Source: Clostridia bacterium
GTDB lineage: Bacteria; Bacillota; Clostridia; Oscillospirales; CAG-272
Direction: 5' to 3'
Length of the DNA stretch: 64,000 bases
NCBI GenBank assembly: GCA_017625755.1
Contig: JAGAKG010000041.1
Location: 65,709-129,708 of the forward strand
Shown: piece after piece, positions 35,861 through 47,300 of the stretch
Position numbering within the stretch: position 1 is the stretch's first letter
How the letters are laid out: each line of letters opens with the position of its first letter
The notes under the pieces: generated by a model
Database searches by the model: none
Seen by the model: the letters and a program-made list of their open reading frames with translations, nothing else
Told to the model about the DNA's origin: nothing
Translations under genes and position numbers: made by a program

Positions 35861-35976
35861 TAATCGAAAATTATTATGTAGCACACACAATCCTTGCCCC
35901 TTGGCAAAAAACACTTCGCAAAGAGGACGGTTTAGTAGGTTTATTCTCGAAAGACCGTGAGGAGATTAAAAGGATT

Positions 35977-37068
35977 ATGAAGAGAGTTGGTTTCTTATAC
36001 GAAAAGGCTTGCGATATAGACCTTATCCGCTACGCTATACGCCAGGCGGCGAAGGGCAAGACCAACAAACACTATATAGCGAAGGTTCTTGCGAACGAGG
36101 AATCTTACGCTTTGAAAATCAAGGAAATGCTCGAAAGCAACACCTTAAAGTTGAGTCCGAATCGACAAATCGTTTTGTTCGACCACTCTTGTATGAAGGA
36201 GAGACTCATTACCGTTCCGAAGTTCTTCCCAGACCAAATAATCCATTGGGTAGTCGTTCTCGTTTTAGAGCCTATCTTCAAGAAGGGAATGTATCGTTTT
36301 AATTGCGGTAGCGTTCCGAGTCGAGGAGGCTTGGAGGCGAAGAAATATGTAGAGCGTGTTCTCAAAGATGAGAAGGTTCGTTATGTTGCAAAGTTGGATA
36401 TATCGAAGTTCTTCAATAGCGTTCGCCCTCACTACTTAATGGCTATGTTTCGGAGGAAAATCAAGGACGAGAAGTTCTTGCGCCTCATAGAGGCGATTCT
36501 TGAAAACGGAGGCGATTGTCTCCCTATCGGATATTATACTTCTCAATGGTTCTCTAACTTCTTTCTTGAAGGTTTCGACCACTTCGTAAAGGAAGAGTTG
36601 AAAATCAAATACTATGTACGATATGTCGACGATATGGTTCTACTCGATACGAACAAGCGAAAACTCCGCAAGGCTATCGAGGAAATCGAGAAGTATCTCG
36701 GCAACATCGGATTGAAACTCAAAGCGAACTATCAAGTATGGAAGGTGCATAGCCGACCGATAGACTTCGTTGGGTTTAGGTTCTACAAAGACAAAACACT
36801 TTTGAGGAAGAAAATCTTCTTTCGATTGTGTCGCCGAGTGAGGAGAATTAGGAAAACCGGGTATATCACGGTTCGCCAAGCGCAAGGGATATTATCTTTA
36901 CTCGGCTGGCTATGTCATATCAACGGTTGGAAGTTCTATAAGGAGCGGATATATCCCTATGCTCCGAAATGGAAACTCAAACTCATCGTGAGCAATCACG
37001 CTAAAAAATTAAATTCGGAGGTACGAAGAAATGAAATTCAGCAAAGCAAAGTGGTTAGAGTCTGCTAA
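35977..37068 (+). CDS. DGR reverse transcriptase
   Basis: GAGGAG RBS before the ATG at 35977. LDISKFFNSV (motif 3-like), IGYYTSQWFSNFFL (DGR-type motif 4), YVRYVDDMVLL (YxDD), IDFVGFRF. Confidence 0.9.
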   Translation: MKRVGFLYEKACDIDLIRYAIRQAAKGKTNKHYIAKVLANEESYALKIKEMLESNTLKLSPNRQIVLFDHSCMKERLITVPKFFPDQIIHWVVVLVLEPIFKKGMYRFNCGSVPSRGGLEAKKYVERVLKDEKVRYVAKLDISKFFNSVRPHYLMAMFRRKIKDEKFLRLIEAILENGGDCLPIGYYTSQWFSNFFLEGFDHFVKEELKIKYYVRYVDDMVLLDTNKRKLRKAIEEIEKYLGNIGLKLKANYQVWKVHSRPIDFVGFRFYKDKTLLRKKIFFRLCRRVRRIRKTGYITVRQAQGILSLLGWLCHINGWKFYKERIYPYAPKWKLKLIVSNHAKKLNSEVRRNEIQQSKVVRVC

Positions 37069-37207
37069 CGCTCAAATCGAGCAAGGTATTCTTTCCCAAA
37101 GAGAGGTCGACGACGCTCTCGACATCTGGGTCAACGAAATGGACGGCAAGACCGAGGAGGAAATCAAAGCCTCCGGCGGCGAAGTCAATCCTATGTGGCT
37201 CGTATGA
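37031..37207 (+). CDS. 58-aa hypothetical protein overlapping the RT 3' end
   Basis: GGAGG RBS. Below the ORF-track cutoff; translated by hand. Confidence 0.35.
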   Translation: MKFSKAKWLESANAQIEQGILSQREVDDALDIWVNEMDGKTEEEIKASGGEVNPMWLV

Positions 37208-37353
37208 AAATAACAATCGAAAACATCTGCTCTATCTGTGAGACCGGAGGAGGTTGCGACGAACCTTGTGAAAAATGGTACGATTGCCTCGAAGGTAAGC
37301 CGGTCGACTTCGGTCTCGTAGATGAGGAAGGAGAAAACAATGAAAAAAAGTAA
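37204..37353 (+). CDS. 49-aa Cys-rich hypothetical peptide
   Basis: ATGA overlap with the previous ORF. CSIC...C..C...C. Confidence 0.3.
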   Translation: MKITIENICSICETGGGCDEPCEKWYDCLEGKPVDFGLVDEEGENNEKK

Positions 37354-37843
37354 GATAGTAGTTTTATTTATTCTTGGTTTTGTTCTCGGAGCGCTCGCCG
37401 CCGTCGGCGTGTACTTTTTGACCGTCGGAGAAGTGGCTTGGCAAGAGTATGTCGAGACCAAGTTGATTCCGAATGTCGTTCTCGCCCTCTCGGCTATCTC
37501 GGCGTTATGCGTTGCGGCGCTTCCTATTATAAGCAAAATCCAAGTCTCTGTCGCCAAATTCAACCAGGCTACGAGCGATGTAAACGCTACGGTAGAAAAC
37601 GGCAAAAAGACCGACGAGAAACTCGCCGAGCAAGACCAAAAAATTGAAGCCTTCTCGGAGCGCTTCGATAAAATGGAAGAGATGTTTAACGCCGGTATCG
37701 CTTCGGTAAAATCCGCCGCCGAGAACTCGGAAAAGATATTGAGGCTTGGCTTCTGTAACACCGAGGAACTCGTGAAGAAAGGCTATGCGACGGAAATCGA
37801 AAAGGTAGGTGCGAAAAATGAGCAAGACGAAGAAGAAGCCTAA
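37340..37843 (+). CDS. membrane protein (N-terminal TM + coiled coil)
   Basis: MKKSKIVVLFILGFVLGALAAVGVYFL TM segment, followed by a second hydrophobic segment. Confidence 0.55.
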   Translation: MKKSKIVVLFILGFVLGALAAVGVYFLTVGEVAWQEYVETKLIPNVVLALSAISALCVAALPIISKIQVSVAKFNQATSDVNATVENGKKTDEKLAEQDQKIEAFSERFDKMEEMFNAGIASVKSAAENSEKILRLGFCNTEELVKKGYATEIEKVGAKNEQDEEEA

Positions 37844-38264
37844 CCTCCGATTGAGGCTCGTTCTCCTCTATATCGGAAGTTTTATCACTTGTATCGCCCC
37901 TCTTCTCGTGTGTTTCATCGTAAATTGGGATAAATATACCAAGACACCAAGCGACACCGTGAAGTTGTGTATCGGCGGTATGCTTGCCGTGTTCTTCCTT
38001 TTCTTGAAGGTTATCGGCAAACTCAAAATGCCTCGAAGAATTGTATTGTTCGGTATAGTCTTTATTATGGCATACTTATTACAAGCAATACTCGACGACC
38101 TCATTTTGTTAAGCAGTATGGCTCTCGCCGGGGAGTTCCTCGATTTTGTATGCTTCCAAAGAGCAATCCGAATCACGAAAGAGAATATCCTCATCGGCAA
38201 GACCGCAGACACGACCACGGCGCAAGTCGAGGAAGTTCTCAAAAAATACATAGGGAGGGTTTAA
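37818..38264 (+). CDS. multi-pass membrane protein
   Basis: Four hydrophobic segments. ATG at 37818 preferred over GTG at 37809. Confidence 0.5.
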   Translation: MSKTKKKPNLRLRLVLLYIGSFITCIAPLLVCFIVNWDKYTKTPSDTVKLCIGGMLAVFFLFLKVIGKLKMPRRIVLFGIVFIMAYLLQAILDDLILLSSMALAGEFLDFVCFQRAIRITKENILIGKTADTTTAQVEEVLKKYIGRV

Positions 38265-38267
38265 TGT

Positions 38268-39185
38268 ATGAACGAGAAAATTAGAGATTTTTTTCGGAAT
38301 AATCTTGGCTATTTTATAGTCGGATTCGCTTCCGTTGTTTACATCTTGACCGCCTTCCTTACGATAGACCAGACCGGGAAGTCTCCGGCGCAGATTATCG
38401 CCGACGGCGCTATTGCGTTCTTTCTCGGTCTTTTTATAAACCGTATCTTCGACCTTCAAGGTATGATGAGCGGCGACCGTGAGGAAAGAGTTCAAGCGAC
38501 CAAGGAGGAACACGGAACTATCGTTCTTCGTATCTCTCCCCATATCGACAAACTTGACGATTGGTGCGAGGAAGAAAACAAGCGCAACTACAAGATTCAA
38601 AGAACGAAGATTCTCGCTCGTGTAGGTCTCAAATACGACGATTGCTTCGACGAGGACGGCGTTGCGAAAGATTGGCGACCAAACGAGGCAAGCCTCCAAG
38701 TCAAAGGTCTCAAACGAATCGAGCAACGAAAGGTTCGTGGTTTCCTTAAAGCCGTAAACTTGAAGTTGACCCCTCTCTCCGCCGGCGAACTTACAAGCGA
38801 AGGCGGAAAGCAGCAAGACCCCTTCTACTTCGGACGAACCAAGGCTCAATACGAGGCTCAACATAGTCTCGGAGACCTTATCTCGAAATTCGGTACGGCG
38901 ATTATATTCGGCTACTACGGCGTTTCTCTTATAGAGAACTTCGACTATGCGAGACTCATCTGGACGACCTTGCAAGTGGCTTTATTCCTTGTTATGGGCG
39001 TGATTAAGATGTATCAAGCGTACAACTTCGTCGTAGACGAGTTCCGTGGGAGAATCGTCAAGAAAATCGACAACTTGCAAAAGTTCGATAACTATATCAA
39101 GTCTCTACCTCCTCCCTCGGTAGAGCCGGTTATTCCGACCGAAACGGAAGAAGAAAAACCTACGGAGGTAAACGAAGATGAGTAA
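38268..39185 (+). CDS. membrane protein (TM pairs at both ends)
   Basis: Hydrophobic segments at aa ~15-70 and ~215-260. Confidence 0.5.
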   Translation: MNEKIRDFFRNNLGYFIVGFASVVYILTAFLTIDQTGKSPAQIIADGAIAFFLGLFINRIFDLQGMMSGDREERVQATKEEHGTIVLRISPHIDKLDDWCEEENKRNYKIQRTKILARVGLKYDDCFDEDGVAKDWRPNEASLQVKGLKRIEQRKVRGFLKAVNLKLTPLSAGELTSEGGKQQDPFYFGRTKAQYEAQHSLGDLISKFGTAIIFGYYGVSLIENFDYARLIWTTLQVALFLVMGVIKMYQAYNFVVDEFRGRIVKKIDNLQKFDNYIKSLPPPSVEPVIPTETEEEKPTEVNEDE

Positions 39186-41382
39186 ATACGGAAACTCGTA
39201 TTCCGGCAACGACTTCCTTGAATGGTGGAAAACTCACTACGGAACGGACTACGACGGCAAGAGCGGAATCGTAAAAACCGAAGGAATGACCGACGAAGAT
39301 GTTGCAATCGGTAAGAGCCTTCTCAACTCGTATAACGAGCAACAGTTGCTCACGCAGCAATATAACGAGAATGTGGCGACCGAGACCGACAAGTACAACT
39401 CTTTGATTGAAAGTTCCGACAAGGCGTATGATTCTCAACTCGCCGGAGCGCAAGCGGAGTACGACACGAGCGCAAAACTTCTTCTTGATAACTACAACAA
39501 GAATAGCGCTACCGCAAAGGATATATACGACCGCAACACGGCGGAACTTCTTGCGAACTACGGCACGGCGCAAGACGCTCTTGATAAGAGCAAGCGTCAA
39601 TCCCAACAGAACGCAAGTATCACGCTTGACAAGTTAAAGAAGTATCTTCCTTCGCAAATCAAGGCGCAAGGTCTCGGAGGTCTCGGCGTGAGCGAGTCCT
39701 CTATGCTTCAAGCCTATAACAACTACAATAGCGAAATGGGTTCTATCGAAAGTGGCTACCAAGAGAGCAAGACCAACCTCGACACGAACTACAATACCAA
39801 CAAGAACGCCTACGATACCGCCTATCAAGAGACCCAAGGAAGTCTCGACGAAATGTACGGTCAAAGCAAGGCGAACCTTGATAATTCCTTCAACACAACG
39901 AAGGTAAATCTCGAATCGGCGAAATCCCAAGCAAGTGATACCTTCAAGGCGCAACTTGCGGACTCTCTCGCAAAGTTAAAGCAAGGCTACGACGCCGGTA
40001 TTTTTGCTTCCGATAAGGACGCTAACGGCAATCTTCTCGTAGACAATGTTCTCCAAGAGTACGCTAAAATGCTCTCCGAGGAGCAAGGCGTGAACTATGC
40101 AACCGCCCTCGAAGCGATTCGCAACGCCGTCTTTACAACCGGCGACGAGATGAACGCCTTTGTAGAGCAATATAGAGGCAAGGTCAACGACCAACAACTC
40201 GCAGCGCTCTTCCAGGAGGGAACGAATGTAGCGAATGTAAACGCCGAAAATGCTCGCCAAGAAGGAATCAAAAAGACCGAGCAAGAACAAGCGCTTGCTT
40301 TCAGCAGCGCCCAGGAAGCAATCATCAATAGCGGTCTCTCCTCGCAAGAAGAAATGAACACCTTTGTAGAACAGTTTAGAGGAAAGGTTAGCGATTCTCA
40401 ATTTGCTTCGCTCCAAGCAACGGCACAAGCAACCGTATCGTCGAACATCTCCGGTAAGTATACGACTCAAATGGGTGTTGTTCAAGACGGACTCGCACAA
40501 ATGCTCGCCGAACCGAGCAACTACACAACCGACGGCACGAAACTTACGGAACAAGGTAGACAAAAAATGCTCGACTATATCGAGCAAAACAAGGCGTCTA
40601 TCGGCGACGCAAACTACACGGCTCTCAAAACGCAAATTGAGGGAATGGCGTTCTATTCAAACAGCGAGAGAAATTCGAGTATTGCGACCGCTATCAACGC
40701 CTTTACGAACAACTCGAACTTCAACTCGCAACTTTCTCAATACTACGACGCCCTCAATATTCTCGAATCCCACAAAGGAACTCTTACCAATGAAGAGTAT
40801 AACTCTTTCTTGGCTCAAATCAATAGCGGCACGAGGGTTGATTATAGCAACTACTATGTTCAAGGTTTGGGTAGCGGTAGGAATAACGATGATATTGATA
40901 TTACTATCGGTTCTACGAGTAGAAACAGAGACACCGAGTACGACCTCCTTTGCGGAGATGAGGTAACGAACGATTCCGCAAAGAAACTTTTGAATAAGTT
41001 GACTACCGGAACGGAGAGCGTAACTCCGAGCGAAGGAAAGTTGTGTGTCGTGGCAAATAGAATGTACATTTACACATCAAAGGGTTGGAGAAATGTCAAG
41101 CCGGATAATAGCACGAGCGCCTTGTCTAATGCAATATCCGCCTTTCTTACCACCGGGAAGAGTTCCGGAAACACTAAATCGAGTGAACCGGTTACATACC
41201 CTTCCGATAGTGAAATTTCCAACAAGGCTCAAAGCGGTACGCTTACCTATAACGATGTCGCAAAGTACAACCCCGGCATAAGAACGCAAAGTGAGTTCGC
41301 TCGTGGAAACAACGCAGATAAGCAAAAGTACGGCACTTATCAAAATTATCTTAAAGCGATGTACGAGAAATATAAACCATAA
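39178..41382 (+). CDS. N/Q-rich coiled-coil virion protein
   Basis: 734 aa. Repetitive (N/D)xYN..K.. pattern. Position before the giant gene. Confidence 0.45.
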   Translation: MSKYGNSYSGNDFLEWWKTHYGTDYDGKSGIVKTEGMTDEDVAIGKSLLNSYNEQQLLTQQYNENVATETDKYNSLIESSDKAYDSQLAGAQAEYDTSAKLLLDNYNKNSATAKDIYDRNTAELLANYGTAQDALDKSKRQSQQNASITLDKLKKYLPSQIKAQGLGGLGVSESSMLQAYNNYNSEMGSIESGYQESKTNLDTNYNTNKNAYDTAYQETQGSLDEMYGQSKANLDNSFNTTKVNLESAKSQASDTFKAQLADSLAKLKQGYDAGIFASDKDANGNLLVDNVLQEYAKMLSEEQGVNYATALEAIRNAVFTTGDEMNAFVEQYRGKVNDQQLAALFQEGTNVANVNAENARQEGIKKTEQEQALAFSSAQEAIINSGLSSQEEMNTFVEQFRGKVSDSQFASLQATAQATVSSNISGKYTTQMGVVQDGLAQMLAEPSNYTTDGTKLTEQGRQKMLDYIEQNKASIGDANYTALKTQIEGMAFYSNSERNSSIATAINAFTNNSNFNSQLSQYYDALNILESHKGTLTNEEYNSFLAQINSGTRVDYSNYYVQGLGSGRNNDDIDITIGSTSRNRDTEYDLLCGDEVTNDSAKKLLNKLTTGTESVTPSEGKLCVVANRMYIYTSKGWRNVKPDNSTSALSNAISAFLTTGKSSGNTKSSEPVTYPSDSEISNKAQSGTLTYNDVAKYNPGIRTQSEFARGNNADKQKYGTYQNYLKAMYEKYKP

Positions 41383-41394
41383 TAGGAGAAAAGA

Positions 41395-44300
41395 ATGGCT
41401 ACATATAATCTAACTCCTGCTGAAAGAAGAGCAAGAGCGCAAGCGATAGTACAAGCGCGCGAAAACCGCATTTCTTATTCCAACTATTTAAGAGATAAGA
41501 AGGCGTTAGAGGAAATGCAAGAAGCCGAAAGACAAAGGCAACTCGAAGAGGAAAGTCGAAACAATAGCGCAAACTTCCTCGTTCGTGGCTTATCCACTAT
41601 CGGAGATGTCGTCGGAAATGTACTTACCGGAGCGGTTAAAGGTCTCGAAGGTATCGTAGACCTTGGAATCGCCGCCGTTGGTGCGGTCGGTGGAATCTTC
41701 TCCGATGATTTTCAAGACACAATGAGGCAAGCGGTATCATACGACTTCGCCGGAGAGATTGTTGGCAATCCTCTCCAAGAGGCTATGAAATACTCCTACC
41801 TCGAAAACGGCGGAATCGTCGAGCAAGTATCGAGTGGTATCGGTCAAATGCTCCCGGCGGTTATCGCTACCATAGCAACATACGGAGCATACGGCGGCTT
41901 TGCCGCCGGTGCTTCTGCTGCACAAGTGGCGGCGGCACAAGCGGCGGCACAAACCGCTTCGCTCGTTACCTTGGGCGTGAGCGCCGCCGGTACATCTACC
42001 GAAGAAGCCTTCAACGAAGGTGCAAACTACTACGCCGGTCTTGGATATGGCGTAGCCTCCGGTCTTGTAGAAGTAGGAACGGAAAAACTCTTCGGTGGCG
42101 CAACGAAGGCTCTTACCGGCGCTGGCGTGTTTGACGGTATTACAAAGTCCGTAGCGGAAACCGGCTGGAAGAGAGTTGCAAGAAACGCTCTCGAAGAAGG
42201 TGCAGAAGAAGTTATCGCCGAACTCGCTCGTCCGGCGCTCAAAACTATTTACAAGGGAACGGACGCTCTTTCCGAATACGGCGAAGGAGAATATTGGAAA
42301 GGCGTTGGAACGGCTGGTCTCGTAGGCTCTATGACCGCTCTTGCTTATAGTGGCTCTATCGGCTACGGATTGTCGAAGGCTGGTATCGGTTACTCTGGCA
42401 AAGAAGCCGACATCTCCGACTCCCTCACGGAAATCGGCTCTCTTCGTGAAAGAGCAATCAATTTCCAAGCGGAAGATACGCTCGACGAAACCAACGAGCG
42501 CAAGATTGCCGACGCAACGAAGAAGAACTATCAAAATATCGAAGGCGTTCTCAAATCCGTCTCCGAAACTCGTAGAGCGAAACTTATCGAGAAGTTTAGT
42601 CTCTCGAAGGCTTTTAACGCCGACGGAACTATGAGCGAGCAATTAAGCGCTTGGTTCAACGGAGATGTAACGGAGGCACGAGTGAACGGTTCTACCGAGA
42701 ACGACGATTATACGCCACTTGCAAGTCCTAAAAAGACCTCCTATTCCTTCTCTTTGCGTGGCAACGAAGCGACGATTCAATCCGACCTCGATAGGCTCTC
42801 CGAGAATAGAGCGCAAGCCTACCTCGAAGAACATCAAGCGCTCGGAGAAAACATCACTATCGAGCAAGCAAGAGAAGCGGTTGGAAAGTTCTCTGTACTT
42901 ACTTCCGAGATGTCGGACAAGGCGAAGGCGGCTCGTCGCAAGTTTAACAAGGCTCTCAATGCCCTCAATAGAATCTCCGGTCTCAATACCTCCTTCGTTA
43001 TCACGGAGGCGAACGAGACCTTCGACGGCTCTCTCGTGGATAACGAGAGAATGTATATAAGCGCCGACGCTTTCGAGAATGACACCTGGGCGGAGACTAT
43101 CGTACACGAAGTTACCCACCTTGAAGAAGGTTCGGAAGAATACGCAAAAATGGTAGACTTCCTTCAATCCGACGATATTCTTGTCGATGTTCAAACCGAA
43201 AGTGGAGAGGTCAAGAGGATTCCTCTTTGGCAAAAAGCACAAAGCGCCGTTCTCGGAAAAGACTACGGATTCGATGAGAACAAAATCAAGGTTATCTCCG
43301 AAAAGGTCAACGCTCAAATGGGTCTTACCCCGGAAGAGGTAAAACTTTATAGAGAGTTTATGACCGAAGTCGCAGCGCACGAGACTCAATACCTTCTCGG
43401 AACGGAAGCCTTCATCGACAAGATTGTTGCTTCCGACCGCTCCCTCGCTCGTAAACTCGTCGATAAAATCCTCAATCTTAAAGAGGCTTTCTCGAAGGTT
43501 GGAGACAAGGCAACAAGAGGTCAACTCAAAATGCTTCGCCAGGCGGAGAAACTCTACCTCGACGCCGCTCGCAAAGCCGGCGATATGCGTCTTGTAAAAT
43601 ATATTCTTTCTCGCTCCCCGGAGACCGAAGAAGAGGTTGACTCCGACGCTCAAATCGTGTATAATAGAAAAGGACTATACAAACAGATTCCGAAGCAAGA
43701 GTATGCTATTATAAGTAGCCGTATTATGGAAGATAATTCGAGGTTTATGGCTCGTGAGGAAGAACTTCCGAGATACGGTGCGGCGAGAAGCGCTAACTAC
43801 TTCTATGTGTACGAAAACTTTGCTCCTGGCAACTTCGGAGTTTTGAAGCAAATCAAAATCACGGACGCAAATAGAGAATATATTGCTTCTATTGAAGCAA
43901 AAATAGGAGAAAACAATGGCGAATCAATTATCGGAAGCACAAGCGAACTTAATCGAGTGCTTGAAGTTCTTAAAAGTCAAGCAAGACGCAATCGTCGCAA
44001 TAATGCTCTTGATTCCGAAGGACGAGCAAATAGCGACAATGGCGGAATACCTCTTGGAGAATCCGAAGGCAAACGAACCGGAGATTCTCAAAAAGGCAAC
44101 GGAAATAAGCAAGGCGTAAGATTCGCCTTAAAAGATACCGTCGAGCAAGATGTTCTCGCAAAGTATGGCAAGACTTATCGTTGGACGGAGGCTGGTTATA
44201 TCCTCAAAGACGGAACGAGGCTTGACCTCTCCGGGCGTAACGAAGGCGCTTCCGGCGGTTATAGAACCGTAGACCATAGAGACATCTTCGATATTTACGA

Positions 44301-47300
44301 GGATTCCGATGACTACGGAACGGACGCTATGAATCAATTTATGGCTCGTGGCAATATCCGTGTTATGCCAGAGTCTCCCGGTATCAACTTGCAAGTCGAA
44401 CCTACCGAAGAGCAATATCGCCAAATCCAAGACCTTGTTGAGAGGCTTGGTTGGAAAGAGCGCTACTTCTCGGTAGACTTTGACGACGCAAACGGAGACA
44501 CTATCGACAACATAACCTACGAAGGAGCGGTCTCTGCTCGCAAGGTTGTAGCCGATATAAAATACTTCTTCAAAGAAGGTTCTATCCCTCATCAAAGCGA
44601 ACTCTCGAAGTTTAGGTTCTCTCTCAAAGAAACAAAACCTCTTCCTTTGCAAGACTCCGAAGGAAGCGAACTTTCTCCTCAACAAAGAGCGTTCTTCGAG
44701 GGAAGCCAAGTTAGAGACGATGAAGGTCGCCTTCGTGTTGTGTATCACGGAACAATGTCTGGCGCTTTCACGGTCTTTGACGCAAGCAAGGCAAATCCGG
44801 AGAGCGATATGGGTGCCGGCTTCTACTTCTCATCTTCCTATGATGATGTCGGAAGCAATTACGAGGACGGCGGTCAAGACCTCGACAACAAGATTGATAT
44901 TCTCGCCGATAGAATCGAAGCCGAGGAAGGTATCGACCACGACGAGGCTTATAAAATAGCCTACGATAGACTCGTAAAAGAATCTCATCTTTTCGAGGTT
45001 TACCTTGATATGAAGAATCCGGCGTATGTTGGAGGCTTTTACGACGAGGCTACAATTCTATTCCGAGATTTTTACGAATCGGAGTTAGATATAGAGGACT
45101 TCGAGAACGAGGACGACTACTACGAGGCGCAATATGAAGAGCAAGACGAGGCTCTTGCGGAGATTGTAGACGAAGTTGATTCTATACTTTCGGCACAAGG
45201 CATAAGCGGCTATGAAGATTGGGTTTCTATCCTTTCCGAAAACGGTGCTTTTGAGGGCGGAATTACGCTTGCCGAAATGAAAGAAATACTCAACAATAAC
45301 CTCTACGATGTTTATGACGAGAACGGAAACAACGCAACAAACGAGTTGGTTCGTGCAATCGTCGAGGCTCTCGGTTACGACGGCATTATTGATAATAGCG
45401 TCGTCGATAAATGGGGTTATAATTCCGGTAGAACTTCATATATGCAAGGTCTCGAAGAGGACACTCGCCACTATATCGTTTTCAAGCCGGAACAAATCAA
45501 ACTCACAAGCAACCTCAATCCTACCAAAAACCAAGATATTCGCTTCCTTCTCTCGGACGACCCTACGGCAAAGCCGTACTTCTACGAACTTACGGACGGT
45601 CAAGTCAAGAAACTTCTTGCTAACTCGACGAAGATGAAGGTCTACTCGAAGGTAGAATCCGAAGGCATTATCAACGATATTCTCGGAAACTATATGTCCT
45701 TCGGAGATGTTTATGGCGTTCTCTCCGGCAAGTCCAAGGCAGAAGTTATAGATATGCTTTGGAGAGGTCTTAACACCGCCGAGCCTGGTAGAAGAGCGAA
45801 GGTCGCTCTCGATGTTGCGGAATACATAATCCAGCACTCTGTTGTTGAAAGTATGTACGACGACGCAAGCACCGAGGTCTATATGGACACTATCGCCCTC
45901 TTAAAGCCTTATCTTCATAAGATAAACCTCAACGGAATTAAAGGCGAAATCAAACATCGCTACGATAGAGACAATAGTCCTTATCTCCTCTGGGGCAAGC
46001 GCAAGGGCGATTCCGGTCTTGGCGCAGATGTTATCGCTATGGAACTCGACGAACTCGGATTCCATATTGACGCTATCAACGAGGCGGATATATTCTTCCA
46101 AATCGACGAAGCATATAGAAGCGCCGTTGCCGGATTAAAGAAAGAAGCAAAGAGTATGCTCGATTCCGCTCTCAATGCGGAAGAGCGCAAGCAACTCAAA
46201 CAAGAAATCGCTCGTCAAGTCCTTATCGCTTTTGACGAAAAAGGAAAACCTTCCAAACTCTCGGCGTTCCTTGAAGAGTACGCAAAGAAAGCAAAGGTAT
46301 GGCGAGAAAAATACTACGAGGAGCGCAGCAAGAACAAACTCCTCAATAGAGTTCTTGACAAGATTCAAAAACTCAAAGACATCAAACTCGGAACATTCCT
46401 CAACGCTTCGCAATTCAAGAACGATGTGTTCAAGGGTTCAATCGAGCGCTTGGCGAATATCAAGTATCGAGGCAACCTTAACGAAAGCGGAACGAGAGGG
46501 ATTCTCGACGGTCTCGCCGAATGGTATGTCAAGGAGAATCCTATGCTCCAAGGCGTATTCGACGAGGACATCGCTTCCGCCCTCTTAACCTTGGCGAGAG
46601 GCGAAGGCAAACTCACGGTCAACGAACTCAAAGCGCTCGAAAATGTTGTTGACTACTTCAAGCACTTTGTCGAGACCTATAACAAGGTATGGCGTGGCGG
46701 TCAATATGTAGAGGCGCAGCCTATCGCCGAAAAGTATGTATCAATCGTTCGTAGAAACAAGCCGGCGAAAGTCGGTTGGTTGAGAAAGTTCTTCGAGAAA
46801 TACGAAACTTCTTTCGCTGACCCTATGACGCTCGTGCGTTATATGGATAGATACGACGACGGATTCTATACCGAAATCCTTCAAGAACTCCGCAAGGGTG
46901 CGGTCGGTGCTTCCGTTATGGAAATGGAAATGAGAGAGCCTCTCGAAGCCTTCTATAAGAAGCACAAGAAATTCCTCAAAGAGATGTCTACCAAGACTAT
47001 CGAATACCAAGGAACGCAAATCCCCCTCGCCCAAGCGATGTTGCTCTATATGTCGCTCAATAGAGACCAGGCTATCCTCGGTCTTGCCAAGTCCGGCTTT
47101 ACCTTCAATGACGGAAAGGAAACGATTCGTCTCGCCGGTTTTGCGCTCGAAGAGGACTTGGAAATCGAAGAGATTCGTGTTAGGGCGAAGGAAGTTCAAT
47201 CGGCGCTTGCAAGTCAATTTACGGAGGTCGAGAAGGAATATATCTCGATTGCCGAGAAGTTATTCAATGAGACTTGTAAGGAAGCGAAGAAAAAGACCGA

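Noticed and set aside
35743-35976. The ORF-track start of the RT ORF at 35743, giving a 441-aa protein that begins inside the repeat.
   Set aside because: The first 78 codons are the DGR template repeat and spacer (N-rich translation mirroring the VR). A GAGGAG RBS precedes the ATG at 35977, which gives a normal-sized RT.
37031-37207. The 58-aa ORF after the RT as the DGR accessory protein Avd.
   Set aside because: It is about half the size of known Avd proteins and no four-helix-bundle pattern is evident. It is kept only as a hypothetical ORF.
37072-37761. 229-aa minus-strand ORF downstream of the RT.
   Set aside because: It is opposite to every surrounding gene and has no RBS. It overlaps three plus-strand ORFs that have RBSs, coupled starts and clear TM segments.
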